This document shows, piece by piece, positions 23,558-33,044 of a stretch of 36,193 bases of DNA. This stretch comes from a virus. Position numbers and translations under genes: made by a program. The notes beneath the pieces are model-generated. The model searched no databases, was not told the DNA's origin, and saw nothing but the letters and a program-made list of their open reading frames with translations. The stretch is taken from UHGV virus genome UHGV-0199352. One strand, given 5' to 3'. Position 1 is the stretch's first letter, and the number at the start of each line of letters is the position of its first letter.

Positions 23558-23978
23558 ACTGAGGCAGCTTCAGGAAAATGAAGAAGTAACTGCAGAATTA
23601 AATCTGATAGAGGAGAGGATCAAAGAACTTGGATTTGAATGAAGAGAAGGAGAGGAAACAGATATGGATCATTCGTTGGCAGTCCGGCAGAATACGGAGC
23701 GAATATGGAACATACGAAGAGGCGAAACAGGTAGCAGAAGAAATCGGAGGAGAGTACATCATTGTATGAGCTTCAGGGAGAGAAGAAAGATTCGGTACAC
23801 TTTGGAACTGTTGCGGATTCTGGAAGCGGCTGCAGCAGTATGCACAGTGATGATGATAGAAGCGGGAACATTGTGGATAGGAATGATACTCGTTATTTTG
23901 GTGATTGAGTTCTGTTGCCGATACATAGAAAAAAGTATAAAAAAGTAGTGCACCTGCCGCAAACAGATGCACCGGATA

Positions 23979-24081
23979 TTTTGCCAATACAAACAAAATA
24001 AAAACTCATTTATATTGTACACCTGTATTGGCAAAATGTCAAAGAAAATGAGAGCAAAAAGCTCCCGTTTTTCACTTGATA
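23979..24081 (+). promoter_or_regulatory. Candidate double-strand origin / Rep operator. A 13-bp inverted repeat plus a CTTGATA nick-like motif upstream of rep.
   Basis: TTTTGCCAATACA (23979-23991) and TGTATTGGCAAAA (24024-24036), then CTTGATA at 24075-24081, about 30 bp before the Rep ATG. Confidence 0.4.
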
Positions 24082-24109
24082 AGAATATTAAACTTAGGAG
24101 CAAAACAGG

Positions 24110-24832
24110 ATGTATAAACGAAAGAGTTATGACCTGGGAGACATCAGAGAAGTGATGGAGTATCACAATGGGAGATATGGTGCTCCGGGAATGCCGAGAA
24201 TGAAAAAGAAGAAAGCCACACCAGAGCAGATCAGGAAAGTGAATCAGTGGAATAAAGAACGGCAGTGCTGGAGAAAGATGAAGCTGAACTTTCAGGAGAA
24301 TGACTACTGGGTGACATTGACTTATAAGCCGGAGAACAGGCCAGAAGATATGGAGAACGCAGCAAAAGACATCAGGAAGTGGCTCAATAAAGTACGGACA
24401 CAATACAAGAAACGGGGAGCAGAACTGAAATGGATGCTGCATACCGAGATTGGAAGCCGGGGTGGTGTTCATCATCATCTGGTCATCAACCGGATTCCGG
24501 ATGCAGATTTGATTATGCGAAAGGTATGGGACAAGGGTGGAGTCCACATGGATTTAATGTATGACGAGGGTGGGTTTCGAAAACTGGCCGAGTATTTAAG
24601 TAAAACGCCGGATGAAGAAAACAAACTGAGAGAGAGCCGGTACTCCTGCAGCAGAAATCTGAAGATTCCGGTTGCGGAAGTAAAGACATATAAAAGAAAA
24701 ACATGGAGTGACGAGCCGAAACCGCCAAAAGGCTATTATCTTGACAAAGAAACATACCATGAAGGAATCAATCCGGTAACAGGACACAAATACCGAAGAT
24801 ACATCCTGATCCGTTTGAACAGGAGAATTTGA
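24110..24832 (+). CDS. Rolling-circle replication initiator, HUH endonuclease of Rep_1 (pC194/pUB110) type.
   Basis: 240 aa. Motif I-like YWVTLTY, HUH motif GGVHHHLVIN, and an active-site-Tyr motif KLAEYLSKTPDE resembling pC194 ELSKYPVKDTD (recalled). Confidence 0.6.
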   Translation: MYKRKSYDLGDIREVMEYHNGRYGAPGMPRMKKKKATPEQIRKVNQWNKERQCWRKMKLNFQENDYWVTLTYKPENRPEDMENAAKDIRKWLNKVRTQYKKRGAELKWMLHTEIGSRGGVHHHLVINRIPDADLIMRKVWDKGGVHMDLMYDEGGFRKLAEYLSKTPDEENKLRESRYSCSRNLKIPVAEVKTYKRKTWSDEPKPPKGYYLDKETYHEGINPVTGHKYRRYILIRLNRRI

Positions 24833-24833
24833 T

Positions 24834-25271
24834 ATGAAAGCATTGAATATTTACATACGGACAAGTCTGACGGGGCCATGTATCAAAGATGGGTGCTGGG
24901 CGGCTGCAATCGAATATCAGACAAGGAAAGGTCCGGCAGTCAAAGGAATATGTGGGGCGGAGAAAGAGACAACGTATTATCGCCTGGTACTGCTTGGAAT
25001 CGTAGAATCCTTAAAAACACTAAATACGGCATGCCATGTGACCTTATATACAGACTGTATTTTTATCAAGAATATGATTGAAAACGGAAAACCGGAGCAG
25101 TGGAAACGGTCAGAGTGGAGAAAGCCATCTGGAAAGGGGATCAAGAATCCAGAATTATGGCAGCAGTATCAGGAACTGGCAGAGCGGAATGAAATAGCCG
25201 TCAGATTTAGTAAACATCACGATTACGTGGAAAAATTAGAGAAATTACTGGAGGAAAAACAGCATGTTTGA
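24834..25271 (+). CDS. RNase H-like fold protein, apparently missing two of the four catalytic carboxylates.
   Basis: 145 aa. By eye it aligns to E. coli RNase HI. IYIRTSL aligns to IFTDGSC, YYRLVLLG to NNRMELMA, and YTDC to STDS (Asp kept). ...WKRSEWRKPSGKGIKNPELWQQYQEL aligns to ...[26 protein letters not shown]. Confidence 0.45.
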   Translation: MKALNIYIRTSLTGPCIKDGCWAAAIEYQTRKGPAVKGICGAEKETTYYRLVLLGIVESLKTLNTACHVTLYTDCIFIKNMIENGKPEQWKRSEWRKPSGKGIKNPELWQQYQELAERNEIAVRFSKHHDYVEKLEKLLEEKQHV

Positions 25272-25719
25272 TGTATTTGGAAATTTTGATTCCGTAGAAG
25301 AATTGAATGCATGTGCAAAAGGACTTTTGGAGGAGCAGGATCTGGAGCATTTAAAAGTGCTGGCAGAGGAAAACGGGATTCCGGATGGAATCCGGGAAGT
25401 ATATGAGCAGCATCTGTCGGAAGAACTGGTAGATTTAGTAAATGCGGCACTTGGAAAGCTTCAGATCGAGTTAAAGGAGGAAACGGACGGGATGCCGGCA
25501 GGAGAGATCGTGTCGTATCTGTCCATGAGGTGCTTCGAAAAAGAAACTCTGGCAAAAGCAGTAAGAAGAAAGAACCGGACACTCAAAGAATGTCTGAAGC
25601 ATATCCGGAAAGAAGCAGAAAAAAGAGTCAAAGAAAGAAGCGGGTCACAAATGGTGGCAATGCCGGATCTGGAAGTATTTGCCATGGCAGAAGAATACTA
25701 TCTGGAGGCGGAGAAATGA
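25264..25719 (+). CDS. Hypothetical acidic protein.
   Basis: 151 aa, with ATG overlapping the upstream stop. Confidence 0.4.
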   Translation: MFDVFGNFDSVEELNACAKGLLEEQDLEHLKVLAEENGIPDGIREVYEQHLSEELVDLVNAALGKLQIELKEETDGMPAGEIVSYLSMRCFEKETLAKAVRRKNRTLKECLKHIRKEAEKRVKERSGSQMVAMPDLEVFAMAEEYYLEAEK

Positions 25720-27683
25720 GACGAGGAGAGTTATTAAAGCTTCCAGAGTTAAAAGTAACGGAAACTATGCGAAAGACAGTCAGGGAAGATCAAGGACATC
25801 AGGTACTAAGATGTGGAAGACCACCTGTCTGGAGTGCAACATATTATTGGTTCTATCGTGCCAAGAAGACAGGAACGGTTTTAGAGATCGATGTATTTAC
25901 AAGGGATATGATCTTGGCTGGCACAGCACATCCGGAATACCGGCTATTCCTTTTGGAAGAAAACAAGTACTACACCTATGACAATTTGTGTGAGAAGTGG
26001 AGAACTGCAAAAATAGATAACTTAAGCTACATGGAAGGATGTGAAGAGATACAACAAGGGTACTGGTACAGTAGCAGAAAAGTGTGGATACGAGAAGAGG
26101 ATCAAAAACGGATCTCAGAATTTTGTCACAACGGAAAGAAAGAGCCACGTGCAGCAATCGCAAGATGGCAAAATTACAGTAAGGGCAGAAAAGAAATTGA
26201 CGAAATTGATTCTGAGATGGCACTGGTGCCGGAACTGCCAAAAGATTTTGATGATTTTGTAGATCGGGAAGTCCTTCCACAGTATTTGTTTTATGATGCC
26301 GGAAGAAAGGTAACAAAAGGGTATTGCACACATTGTGGAAGAGAAGTAAAAATCAGGAATCCACACTATGGAGACGAGGGCGAATGTCCATCCTGCAGAC
26401 ATCCCATTACCTACCGAAGTCGAAAGAAAGGCGGAAATGTTCACGCAAGAGGATATGCAGGACTCCTGCAGAAAACAAAAGAGGGGTATGTATACCGATA
26501 TTTTGAGTGTTATCGGAAATTCAGGAATGGACAAAAGGGAGATGGCGGGTACTGGGAGCTGATACGGATCACGTATGACCGGAATTTAAAAAAGATTCAT
26601 GAATTTGAATATGAACAGTATAAGCAGACAGACTGGGTTCGGTGGTGTTGCAGAGACGGATGGAGATATTATGCAAAAGTGGTAGAGCATGAAGCAATCC
26701 TCTATAACCGGAATCTCAAGCAGATCTTAAAAGGAACACCGTTTCAGTATTCTGCAATGGAACGTTTTGTGAAACATGGGAAATATCGGGAAAAAATGTA
26801 TTTGGATCAATATCTGGAGGGATACCGGTATATGCCTGGAATCGAACAGCTGGTAAAGTGTGGGTTTTACAGAATTGTCAAAGAAAAAATGCAGGGGTAC
26901 AACACAGGAAACTTAAAGAAGAAAGAGAGGTCTTGTAAAAAGATACTGGGGCTAAACGGGGAATGCTACCAGCTGTTGGCTGGAAAGAATCCAAGCACAA
27001 GGGAATACAACACCACTTATAAAATGCAGGAAAAGGGATTGCATCCAACATGGCAGCAGGTTCAGTTTTTTGCAAGGTTTCCGAGGAATTTCACCAGGTA
27101 TATCCGGTATACCACCATTCACAAGATGGAACGGTACATCAAAGAAGTGTTAGGAGAAGATGAGAGACGAGCCGTGGATTATCACGATTATCTGAAGATG
27201 GCAGAGGAACTGGGGTATAACATGCGAGAGCCGTGGATCTTATTCCCGAAGAATTTAGAACAGCGTCATGAAGAGTTGATTGAAGAGAGCAGAGAACGAG
27301 AAATAAAAGCCAAAGAGGATTTGGACAATAAAAAAGACAAAAGATACGAGCAATATAGAAAACGGGACAGTTATCTGGAAATGGAAACAGAACAATTTTT
27401 ATTGAGGCTTCCGAAACGAATCCATGAAATCCGACAGGAAGGAAATGCCATGCATCACTGCGTCGCCACGTATATTGACCGGGTGGCAAAAGGAGAGACA
27501 ACGATTCTATTCCTGCGAAAGAAGCAGGATCCGGAGACACCGTTTTATACCATGGAGGTAAACAATGGGGTGATGATCCAGTGTCGGGCAAAATATAACG
27601 GAGACATGACAGAGGAAGTCAAAGAATTTGTTGAGCTATTCAAAAGAAAGAAGTTGAAACGTACAGAAAGGAAAGCTGGATAG
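25716..27683 (+). CDS. PcfJ-like protein with a central zinc ribbon.
   Basis: ATGA overlap with the upstream gene and GGAGG RBS. The C-terminal motif NAMHHCVATYIDRVAKGETTILFLRKK is reminiscent of the PcfJ family. CTHCGREVKIRNPHYGDEGECPSC is a zinc ribbon. The track start at 25530 adds an implausible K/R-rich N-terminus. Confidence 0.5.
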   Translation: MRRGELLKLPELKVTETMRKTVREDQGHQVLRCGRPPVWSATYYWFYRAKKTGTVLEIDVFTRDMILAGTAHPEYRLFLLEENKYYTYDNLCEKWRTAKIDNLSYMEGCEEIQQGYWYSSRKVWIREEDQKRISEFCHNGKKEPRAAIARWQNYSKGRKEIDEIDSEMALVPELPKDFDDFVDREVLPQYLFYDAGRKVTKGYCTHCGREVKIRNPHYGDEGECPSCRHPITYRSRKKGGNVHARGYAGLLQKTKEGYVYRYFECYRKFRNGQKGDGGYWELIRITYDRNLKKIHEFEYEQYKQTDWVRWCCRDGWRYYAKVVEHEAILYNRNLKQILKGTPFQYSAMERFVKHGKYREKMYLDQYLEGYRYMPGIEQLVKCGFYRIVKEKMQGYNTGNLKKKERSCKKILGLNGECYQLLAGKNPSTREYNTTYKMQEKGLHPTWQQVQFFARFPRNFTRYIRYTTIHKMERYIKEVLGEDERRAVDYHDYLKMAEELGYNMREPWILFPKNLEQRHEELIEESREREIKAKEDLDNKKDKRYEQYRKRDSYLEMETEQFLLRLPKRIHEIRQEGNAMHHCVATYIDRVAKGETTILFLRKKQDPETPFYTMEVNNGVMIQCRAKYNGDMTEEVKEFVELFKRKKLKRTERKAG

Positions 27684-28832
27684 ATGGAAGAATTACAGAC
27701 AATCAGTACACTGCAGGGAGTAGAAATTGCATTACGAAAAGAACTGGAACATATAGCAGAGGGATACATTAAAGTCGGGTATCTCTTAAAAAAGACCAGA
27801 GATGCAGAGTTTTATAAAGAGAAGGGGTATGCAGATGTTTTTGAGTTTGCAAAGGAAACCTTCAATATCAGCAGGACGTGGGCAATTCGGTTCATGCAGA
27901 TCAATGATACATACAGTATTGATGGGAACAGCCCGGAAATTCAGGAGAAATACCGGGGATATGGCAGCAGTAAGCTGTCTGAAATGTTGGCATTGCCGGA
28001 AGAAGTGCGGGAAGTGGTACCAAGAGATGCCACGGTACGGGAAATCCGGGAAGTAAAAGAAGTTATCCGGGAAACAGAAGATCGTTATTCGCCGCAGATG
28101 AGCCTGTGCGACATCGCACCAGAAGAACACCATGGAAGCTGGACGGAAACGTTAGTGTATGAATTTTTCAAAGGAGAGGGAAAAGGCTGCTTTGAAAAAA
28201 TGGCTAAATGGATATGGGCTGACGAGCCAAAAGAAGCAAGTACGATCAACTGGGAGATCATGGGAATTGTGGCTCCAACAAAATTCCGGATGTTTCGGAT
28301 GCAATTTGCAAATGCACTATTCAGTGAATTTCAGATTCGGATCATGCCATACAACGGCAGGGGAGAACCAGAAGAGATGAGCTATCTGGAGTTGGCCAAA
28401 ACATTTGAACAGACCTTTTATCCGGAAGGCAGGAAGACTTCTGATTCAGAAGCCTATGAAAGAGTTTATCAGGTGCCGCTGAGAGAAAAGAAAGAGAGGG
28501 AAGTCTTAAAGACGGAACCATTAAAGAAAAAGGCAGAACCTGCAAAAGCACAGGAAACTTTGGAAGAGCCAAAAGAAACAGAAGAACAGATTCAAGGACA
28601 GATGGAAGTGGAAGATTATCCGGAACTGATGCCGGATGCTCCGGTTATGAATCTTCCGGAAGAAGAAAAACAGGTACATGAGATCACAGAAGAGGTGGTT
28701 CAGGAAGGGGAAGTCATAGAAGACATCTTAAAATCCGGGGATCCGGATAAAATCATCCAGCTTCTGAAGAAAGAATTTGCCTGGCCAAAAGGCGGATGGG
28801 ACAACTGGAAAAAGAAAGTGATTACTTTATGA
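27684..28832 (+). CDS. Hypothetical protein. Tentatively the PcfK-like partner of the PcfJ-like gene, with a highly acidic C-terminal half.
   Basis: 382 aa, immediately downstream of the PcfJ-like ORF. E/K-rich repeats in the C-terminal half. Confidence 0.35.
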   Translation: MEELQTISTLQGVEIALRKELEHIAEGYIKVGYLLKKTRDAEFYKEKGYADVFEFAKETFNISRTWAIRFMQINDTYSIDGNSPEIQEKYRGYGSSKLSEMLALPEEVREVVPRDATVREIREVKEVIRETEDRYSPQMSLCDIAPEEHHGSWTETLVYEFFKGEGKGCFEKMAKWIWADEPKEASTINWEIMGIVAPTKFRMFRMQFANALFSEFQIRIMPYNGRGEPEEMSYLELAKTFEQTFYPEGRKTSDSEAYERVYQVPLREKKEREVLKTEPLKKKAEPAKAQETLEEPKETEEQIQGQMEVEDYPELMPDAPVMNLPEEEKQVHEITEEVVQEGEVIEDILKSGDPDKIIQLLKKEFAWPKGGWDNWKKKVITL

Positions 28833-29266
28833 GTATTGATTATAGTGATATGGCGTTTCCTAAGCCGAAAAAGAAGAAAAAGAGAATCAGCCATCCGAAA
28901 AGTATTTTGAACACAGAAAAGGGCGTGTGCTATCTCTGTGCCAATCTGTATGGAGACTATCGGCAGCAGTATACGGAGGAACACCATGTATTGTTTGGAT
29001 CCGGGATGAGAATTCTATCGGAAGCCGAGGGATTGAAAGTGTATTTGTGTGAACCGCACCATAAAAGCGGGAAAGAAGCTGTACATAATTGCAGAAAGAC
29101 AAGAGAACTGCTTTGCGAGATCGCACAGAGGGAATATGAAAAGTCACACACACGGAAAGACTGGATGAAGATCAGCAAGAAAAATTATCTGGATCAGCAA
29201 GAGTTGATGAAAGAACCGCAAAATGAAAAGCAGAAAGAAGGACATCCAGGATTCCAATTTTTATAG
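28829..29266 (+). CDS. Cys/His-rich protein with an HNH-like metal-binding motif.
   Basis: ATGA overlap. CYLC...EEHHVLFG...CEPHH...HNC. Confidence 0.3.
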   Translation: MSIDYSDMAFPKPKKKKKRISHPKSILNTEKGVCYLCANLYGDYRQQYTEEHHVLFGSGMRILSEAEGLKVYLCEPHHKSGKEAVHNCRKTRELLCEIAQREYEKSHTRKDWMKISKKNYLDQQELMKEPQNEKQKEGHPGFQFL

Positions 29267-29372
29267 CATCTCCGGCCAAGTGCCGTGAAGATACAACAGC
29301 AGGTACGTCACAAAACCTGTCGTAAGCCATTACATTATCTCCCAGATAACTCTGGGAGAGGAAAGGAGCATC

Positions 29373-29936
29373 ATGTTTATTAAGACGAGCATATTTAAGA
29401 GAATATTGAAGGATGCATGGAAAGGTGCAGGACTCACTGTAGGAAAGAAAGAGGAAATGTACTTCATACAGGGAGCCTATTGGATATTATTTGTATATGA
29501 GAAGGACTTTACAAGCAAGAATAAGGCAGCAGTCATTGAACTTGTGGGGGATCTTCCGGAAGAGGGCGAAGTATACAGAGCCTATGAAAAAGGAGAAAAG
29601 CAGTATGAACTAAAAGTAAGGGATGAGTGGGAATACAAGAAATGGTTATCAGCCAGAGACCGGTATGAGGATACAGAAATCAAATACAGGGGAATGGCAG
29701 TGTTACAGAATGTAGAGACAAAAGAGATGAGTTACATACCAGATCAAATTCTGGAATTGGTAAGCCTATCCGAAACAGGTGAGTATGAAGACTTTCCGAC
29801 AGGACCTATGGGAATGGGATATTTCGTCCTGTGGGTAAATGAGACTGGAATGTTATTGACTGTAAAAACACCGGCAAATGAAGATAACATGGATGGAAGA
29901 ATCTTGAAAGCGCTGAGCGGGCTGGAAATGGAGTAA
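29373..29936 (+). CDS. Hypothetical protein.
   Basis: 187 aa. GGAAAGGAG RBS. Confidence 0.4.
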   Translation: MFIKTSIFKRILKDAWKGAGLTVGKKEEMYFIQGAYWILFVYEKDFTSKNKAAVIELVGDLPEEGEVYRAYEKGEKQYELKVRDEWEYKKWLSARDRYEDTEIKYRGMAVLQNVETKEMSYIPDQILELVSLSETGEYEDFPTGPMGMGYFVLWVNETGMLLTVKTPANEDNMDGRILKALSGLEME

Positions 29937-29980
29937 TACCATGACGGGTATCAGCGGAATATGCAATATAGGAGAAAAAG

Positions 29981-30568
29981 ATGGAAAACAACACAGTAAA
30001 GATCACAGGAAAAATTATGGAAACACCAGAGTATTTATTGACTTCACAAGACAGAAGAAAGATCTATAAATCAACTATAGAAGTCATGCGGACAAGTGGA
30101 AACATGGATGTCATACCGATTCAGGTGCCGGAACAGATAGTGCAGGAGATTCGGGATAATGTAGGAGGGAGAATTACAATCTTTGGAGAATACAGATCTT
30201 ACAATGAAAAGGATGGAGAAAGAAATCATTTGAAATTGTATGTATTTGTAAAAGGAATCAGCGAAGCTGGTGAAGCGGATCAAAACAGAATTGATCTGAT
30301 TGGATATATCTGTAAACAGCCGCTCTATCGAGAGACACCACTCGGAAAAGAAATCACGGATATTTTAATTGCAGTAAACAGGAAACACAGAAAAAGTGAT
30401 TATCTCCCGGCAATTTGCTGGTATTCGAACGCAAGGCTGGCAGCAGGGCTTCCAGTCGGAACAAAAGTGAGAGCCATGGGAATGATACAGAGCAGGATTT
30501 ATGTAAAAGGCGACAGCGAGAGAACAGCTTATGAAGTCTCAATAAGAGAAATGGAAGTGATCGAGTAG
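29981..30568 (+). CDS. SSB-like single-stranded DNA-binding protein with tandem OB folds.
   Basis: 195 aa. Two segments resemble the SSB OB-fold: NTVKITGKIMETPE...IFGEYRSY and NRIDLIGYICKQPLYRETPLGKEITDILIAVNRK...ICWYSNARLA...GTKVRAMGMIQSRIY. Confidence 0.45.
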   Translation: MENNTVKITGKIMETPEYLLTSQDRRKIYKSTIEVMRTSGNMDVIPIQVPEQIVQEIRDNVGGRITIFGEYRSYNEKDGERNHLKLYVFVKGISEAGEADQNRIDLIGYICKQPLYRETPLGKEITDILIAVNRKHRKSDYLPAICWYSNARLAAGLPVGTKVRAMGMIQSRIYVKGDSERTAYEVSIREMEVIE

Positions 30569-30930
30569 TGGAAGGTTACGAGAAATACGCATCCAGGATA
30601 CAGGAACTTTTATTTGACGGGATGGATGTACATGAGGTGTGGGTGTACATGAAAGTTATGTTCCAGATTGAGAAAAATGAGATTTGTTTTCGGGCATATC
30701 TGGAGAGATCGGGACTGATCTGGTTTGCGGAAGCGGGCAGCAGAAGACAGGTCAAGGTACCGGATCTGCTGGAGACAAAGAGAAAACTGGAAATGAATCG
30801 AACGAAAATTTCAAAGCCGCTCTGTAAATATCCGGATTGTTTCCGATGTGTATATCCGGATTGCACATGTAATGAAGGCCTTACGAAAAAAGGGAATGAT
30901 GAACTGGTTCGGGAGTTGGCGAAGAGATAG
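30568..30930 (+). CDS. Hypothetical protein with a Cys-rich C-terminus.
   Basis: 120 aa. CKYPDCFRCVYPDCTC. Confidence 0.35.
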   Translation: MEGYEKYASRIQELLFDGMDVHEVWVYMKVMFQIEKNEICFRAYLERSGLIWFAEAGSRRQVKVPDLLETKRKLEMNRTKISKPLCKYPDCFRCVYPDCTCNEGLTKKGNDELVRELAKR

Positions 30931-30947
30931 GGAAAAAAGATTAATGG

Positions 30948-31163
30948 ATGAGGAAAACACGGAGGAATAGCATGGACATGTTAATTACAATCGCATTCTT
31001 GACCCTTTACTACATATTGGGGCTGGGAACTGTAATTACTTTAAAAACAGGAATCGAAGAGGAAGCAGAACTTGAAGGAGAAGATTATCTTCTGGCTGGA
31101 GGGTTTCCGATACTGTTATTTGTGGTGTTTTTGGATTGGATTGTGCGGAAGATAGCGAGGTAA
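30948..31163 (+). CDS. Small membrane protein with two TM segments.
   Basis: 71 aa, hydrophobic. Confidence 0.3.
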   Translation: MRKTRRNSMDMLITIAFLTLYYILGLGTVITLKTGIEEEAELEGEDYLLAGGFPILLFVVFLDWIVRKIAR

Positions 31164-31220
31164 GAGAAATGAAAAAAATTTAACTGGGATGAATTTAAGA
31201 ATAAAGACAATAAGATTGCG

Positions 31221-31769
31221 GTGCATTGTAAGACCGAGGAAGAAGCGATAGACTTTTGTAAACAGATGTATAAGCATGGCATGGTATGGGCATCTGGGAG
31301 TAGTTATTTGAGTTATACACGCTATGGGGTATACAGGGATAAAACGTGTTACGGTGGAGATGGTAGGTATCGAAGTTATGATTACTTCAAGAAGTATAAA
31401 TACAAAATTTTAGAATGGAGTGATTATATGAACAAAGAATTTACCAAGGCAGATTTGAGGGACGGGATGGTAGTGGAACAGAGAGATGGGAATATGTATC
31501 TTGTATTGGCTGGGATGGCAGTGAGAAAAAGCAAACGCAATAGTATAGTCGGTTATACTGATGACTTGAAATGGAAAGGTTATACAGGAGGAGACATCGT
31601 TAAAGTCTATAGAATTACTCCGAAATCACTCGGATGCATAGAAGATGTGTTTATTAAAAACAACCTCGAACTCATCTGGGAACGCACCGAGCCGAAGAAA
31701 ATGACAGTGGAAGAGATACGCGAAAAGTTAGAAGAACTGACTGGAGAAGAAATTGAGGTGATGGCATGA
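31221..31769 (+). CDS. Hypothetical protein.
   Basis: 182 aa. Coding-like composition. Confidence 0.4.
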   Translation: MHCKTEEEAIDFCKQMYKHGMVWASGSSYLSYTRYGVYRDKTCYGGDGRYRSYDYFKKYKYKILEWSDYMNKEFTKADLRDGMVVEQRDGNMYLVLAGMAVRKSKRNSIVGYTDDLKWKGYTGGDIVKVYRITPKSLGCIEDVFIKNNLELIWERTEPKKMTVEEIREKLEELTGEEIEVMA

Positions 31770-31975
31770 GAGGAACAACCTTAAAGCATAGACGTGGCAA
31801 GAAAGCAATGAAGCAGGATCAGAAAGATCACTATGCAGGAATGGCAGAACATGAACCAACAGAGAATGCCAAGAAGTGGATGCAAAGAGGTGCGTACTCT
31901 GTGGAGGACTGCTTAAGAAAATGGGGAGTAAATACGAAAAGGAGTGTTGCCAGTGGACAAGAAGATACTGATTGA
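31766..31975 (+). CDS. Hypothetical small basic protein.
   Basis: 69 aa with ATGA overlap. Confidence 0.25.
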   Translation: MRGTTLKHRRGKKAMKQDQKDHYAGMAEHEPTENAKKWMQRGAYSVEDCLRKWGVNTKRSVASGQEDTD

Positions 31976-31985
31976 GTATGCAGAC

Positions 31986-32417
31986 ATGAAAGAAGAGATA
32001 AAAGATCTGAGACGTAGGATTGCAGAGGATAAAAAGAAAATAGAGCAACTGAACAAGATTACTGTGCAAGATTCTGTTGCATGTGGAAAGAAAGGCAACA
32101 AACCATTGCGAACAGTGAAAATAACAGGCTTCCCACAAAGAGAATATGAAAAACGTGAGTTTTTACTTGAAAAGCGCATTGCAAAGCTGCAGATGTTGGA
32201 GACGGATCTTCTGGAGAAACAGATACAGGTAGAGGAATATATAGAGAAGATAGAAAAGAGCCGTTTAAGAACTATGTTCAGATTATATTACATAGATAAT
32301 CTAACCTGGGAAATGGTAGCAATGCAAATGAACTATATGTTCCCAAAGAAAAAAATCCCGTTTACAAAAGACAGTTGCAGGATGATGCATGATAGATATC
32401 TTGAAAAAGTTTCATAA
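31986..32417 (+). CDS. Late-gene transcriptional activator, sigma-70 region-4-like (ArpU/RinA-type position).
   Basis: Located just upstream of the tRNA/HNH/terminase block. The C-terminal segment RLRTMFRLYYIDNLTWEMVAMQMNY resembles sigma region 4. ATG 31986 is chosen over the overlapping track start 31944. Confidence 0.45.
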   Translation: MKEEIKDLRRRIAEDKKKIEQLNKITVQDSVACGKKGNKPLRTVKITGFPQREYEKREFLLEKRIAKLQMLETDLLEKQIQVEEYIEKIEKSRLRTMFRLYYIDNLTWEMVAMQMNYMFPKKKIPFTKDSCRMMHDRYLEKVS

Positions 32418-32586
32418 ATGTTCGCCACTGTTCGCTTCAAAGATGCTAATATGGTATAAAGCCGAAAGGAACAAGCTGGACGGCTGAGGCGTTTTTAGTT
32501 TTCCTCCTAAAGACCCAGTAAAACAATACACAAATTACAAAAGGCGTCTTGCATGAAAGCGCAGGGCGTTTTTGTATAAATGTTGA

Positions 32587-32660
32587 TCGGACATAGCTCA
32601 GTCGGTTAGAGCAGCAGCCTTATAAGCTGTGTGTCACGGGTTCGATTCCCGTTGTCCGGA
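32587..32660 (+). tRNA. tRNA with anticodon UAU (reads AUA; Ile by anticodon).
   Basis: Manual cloverleaf. Acceptor UCGGACA/UGUCCGG, D-stem GCTC/GAGC, anticodon stem GCAGC/GCTGT with loop CTTATAA (U33, A37), T-arm ACGGG-TTCGATT-CCCGT, discriminator A. No CCA is encoded. Confidence 0.7.
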
Positions 32661-33044
32661 TTGTGGACTACTGCAAACCCCTTTTCTTATAGATTTTGAT
32701 TGTGTATTTTGGTTTCAGTTGGCATTGTAATTCTCTCATGGCAGTAGTCCTAAATTCTTGGCATCCAGAGATGGGTGCTTTTATTATGCTTAAAAGGAGT
32801 AAAAGCATGGGAGTTATTAAAAAATATTGTGCAAGCATAGTAAGACAGAATATGTCAGTACAGATCTTGTAAGGCAGAATGATGGCAGCTTTATCACAGA
32901 GCACACATGGAGATGCAAAGACTGTGGAAAACTGATCGAAGGGAGGAAGCATGGTGTTGATCAGCACATTATAATATGCCATTTTCAGAAAAATAAATAG
33001 TGCAGAAATAATACGGGGATCTTCCATCCCCGAACCCCTGGAAT

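Noticed and set aside
23664-23948. 94-aa ORF (Arg-rich N-terminus then hydrophobic tail), and an overlapping alternative frame reading ...SEYGTYEEAKQVAEEIGGEYIIV.
   Set aside because: The two frames are equally plausible by eye, and neither has convincing start signals. The alternative frame lacks any start codon. Left uncalled.
23759-24547. 262-aa - strand ORF overlapping the Rep gene and its upstream origin region.
   Set aside because: Antisense to the Rep CDS, which has clear HUH motifs. Product is low-complexity (L/F/I/H-rich), has no start context, and spans a non-coding inverted-repeat region.
25530-25715. Upstream extension of the PcfJ-like ORF (track start 25530).
   Set aside because: It would add a 62-aa K/R/S-rich N-terminus overlapping the preceding gene. 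ATG 25716 has a GGAGG RBS and the ATGA stop-start overlap typical of this operon.
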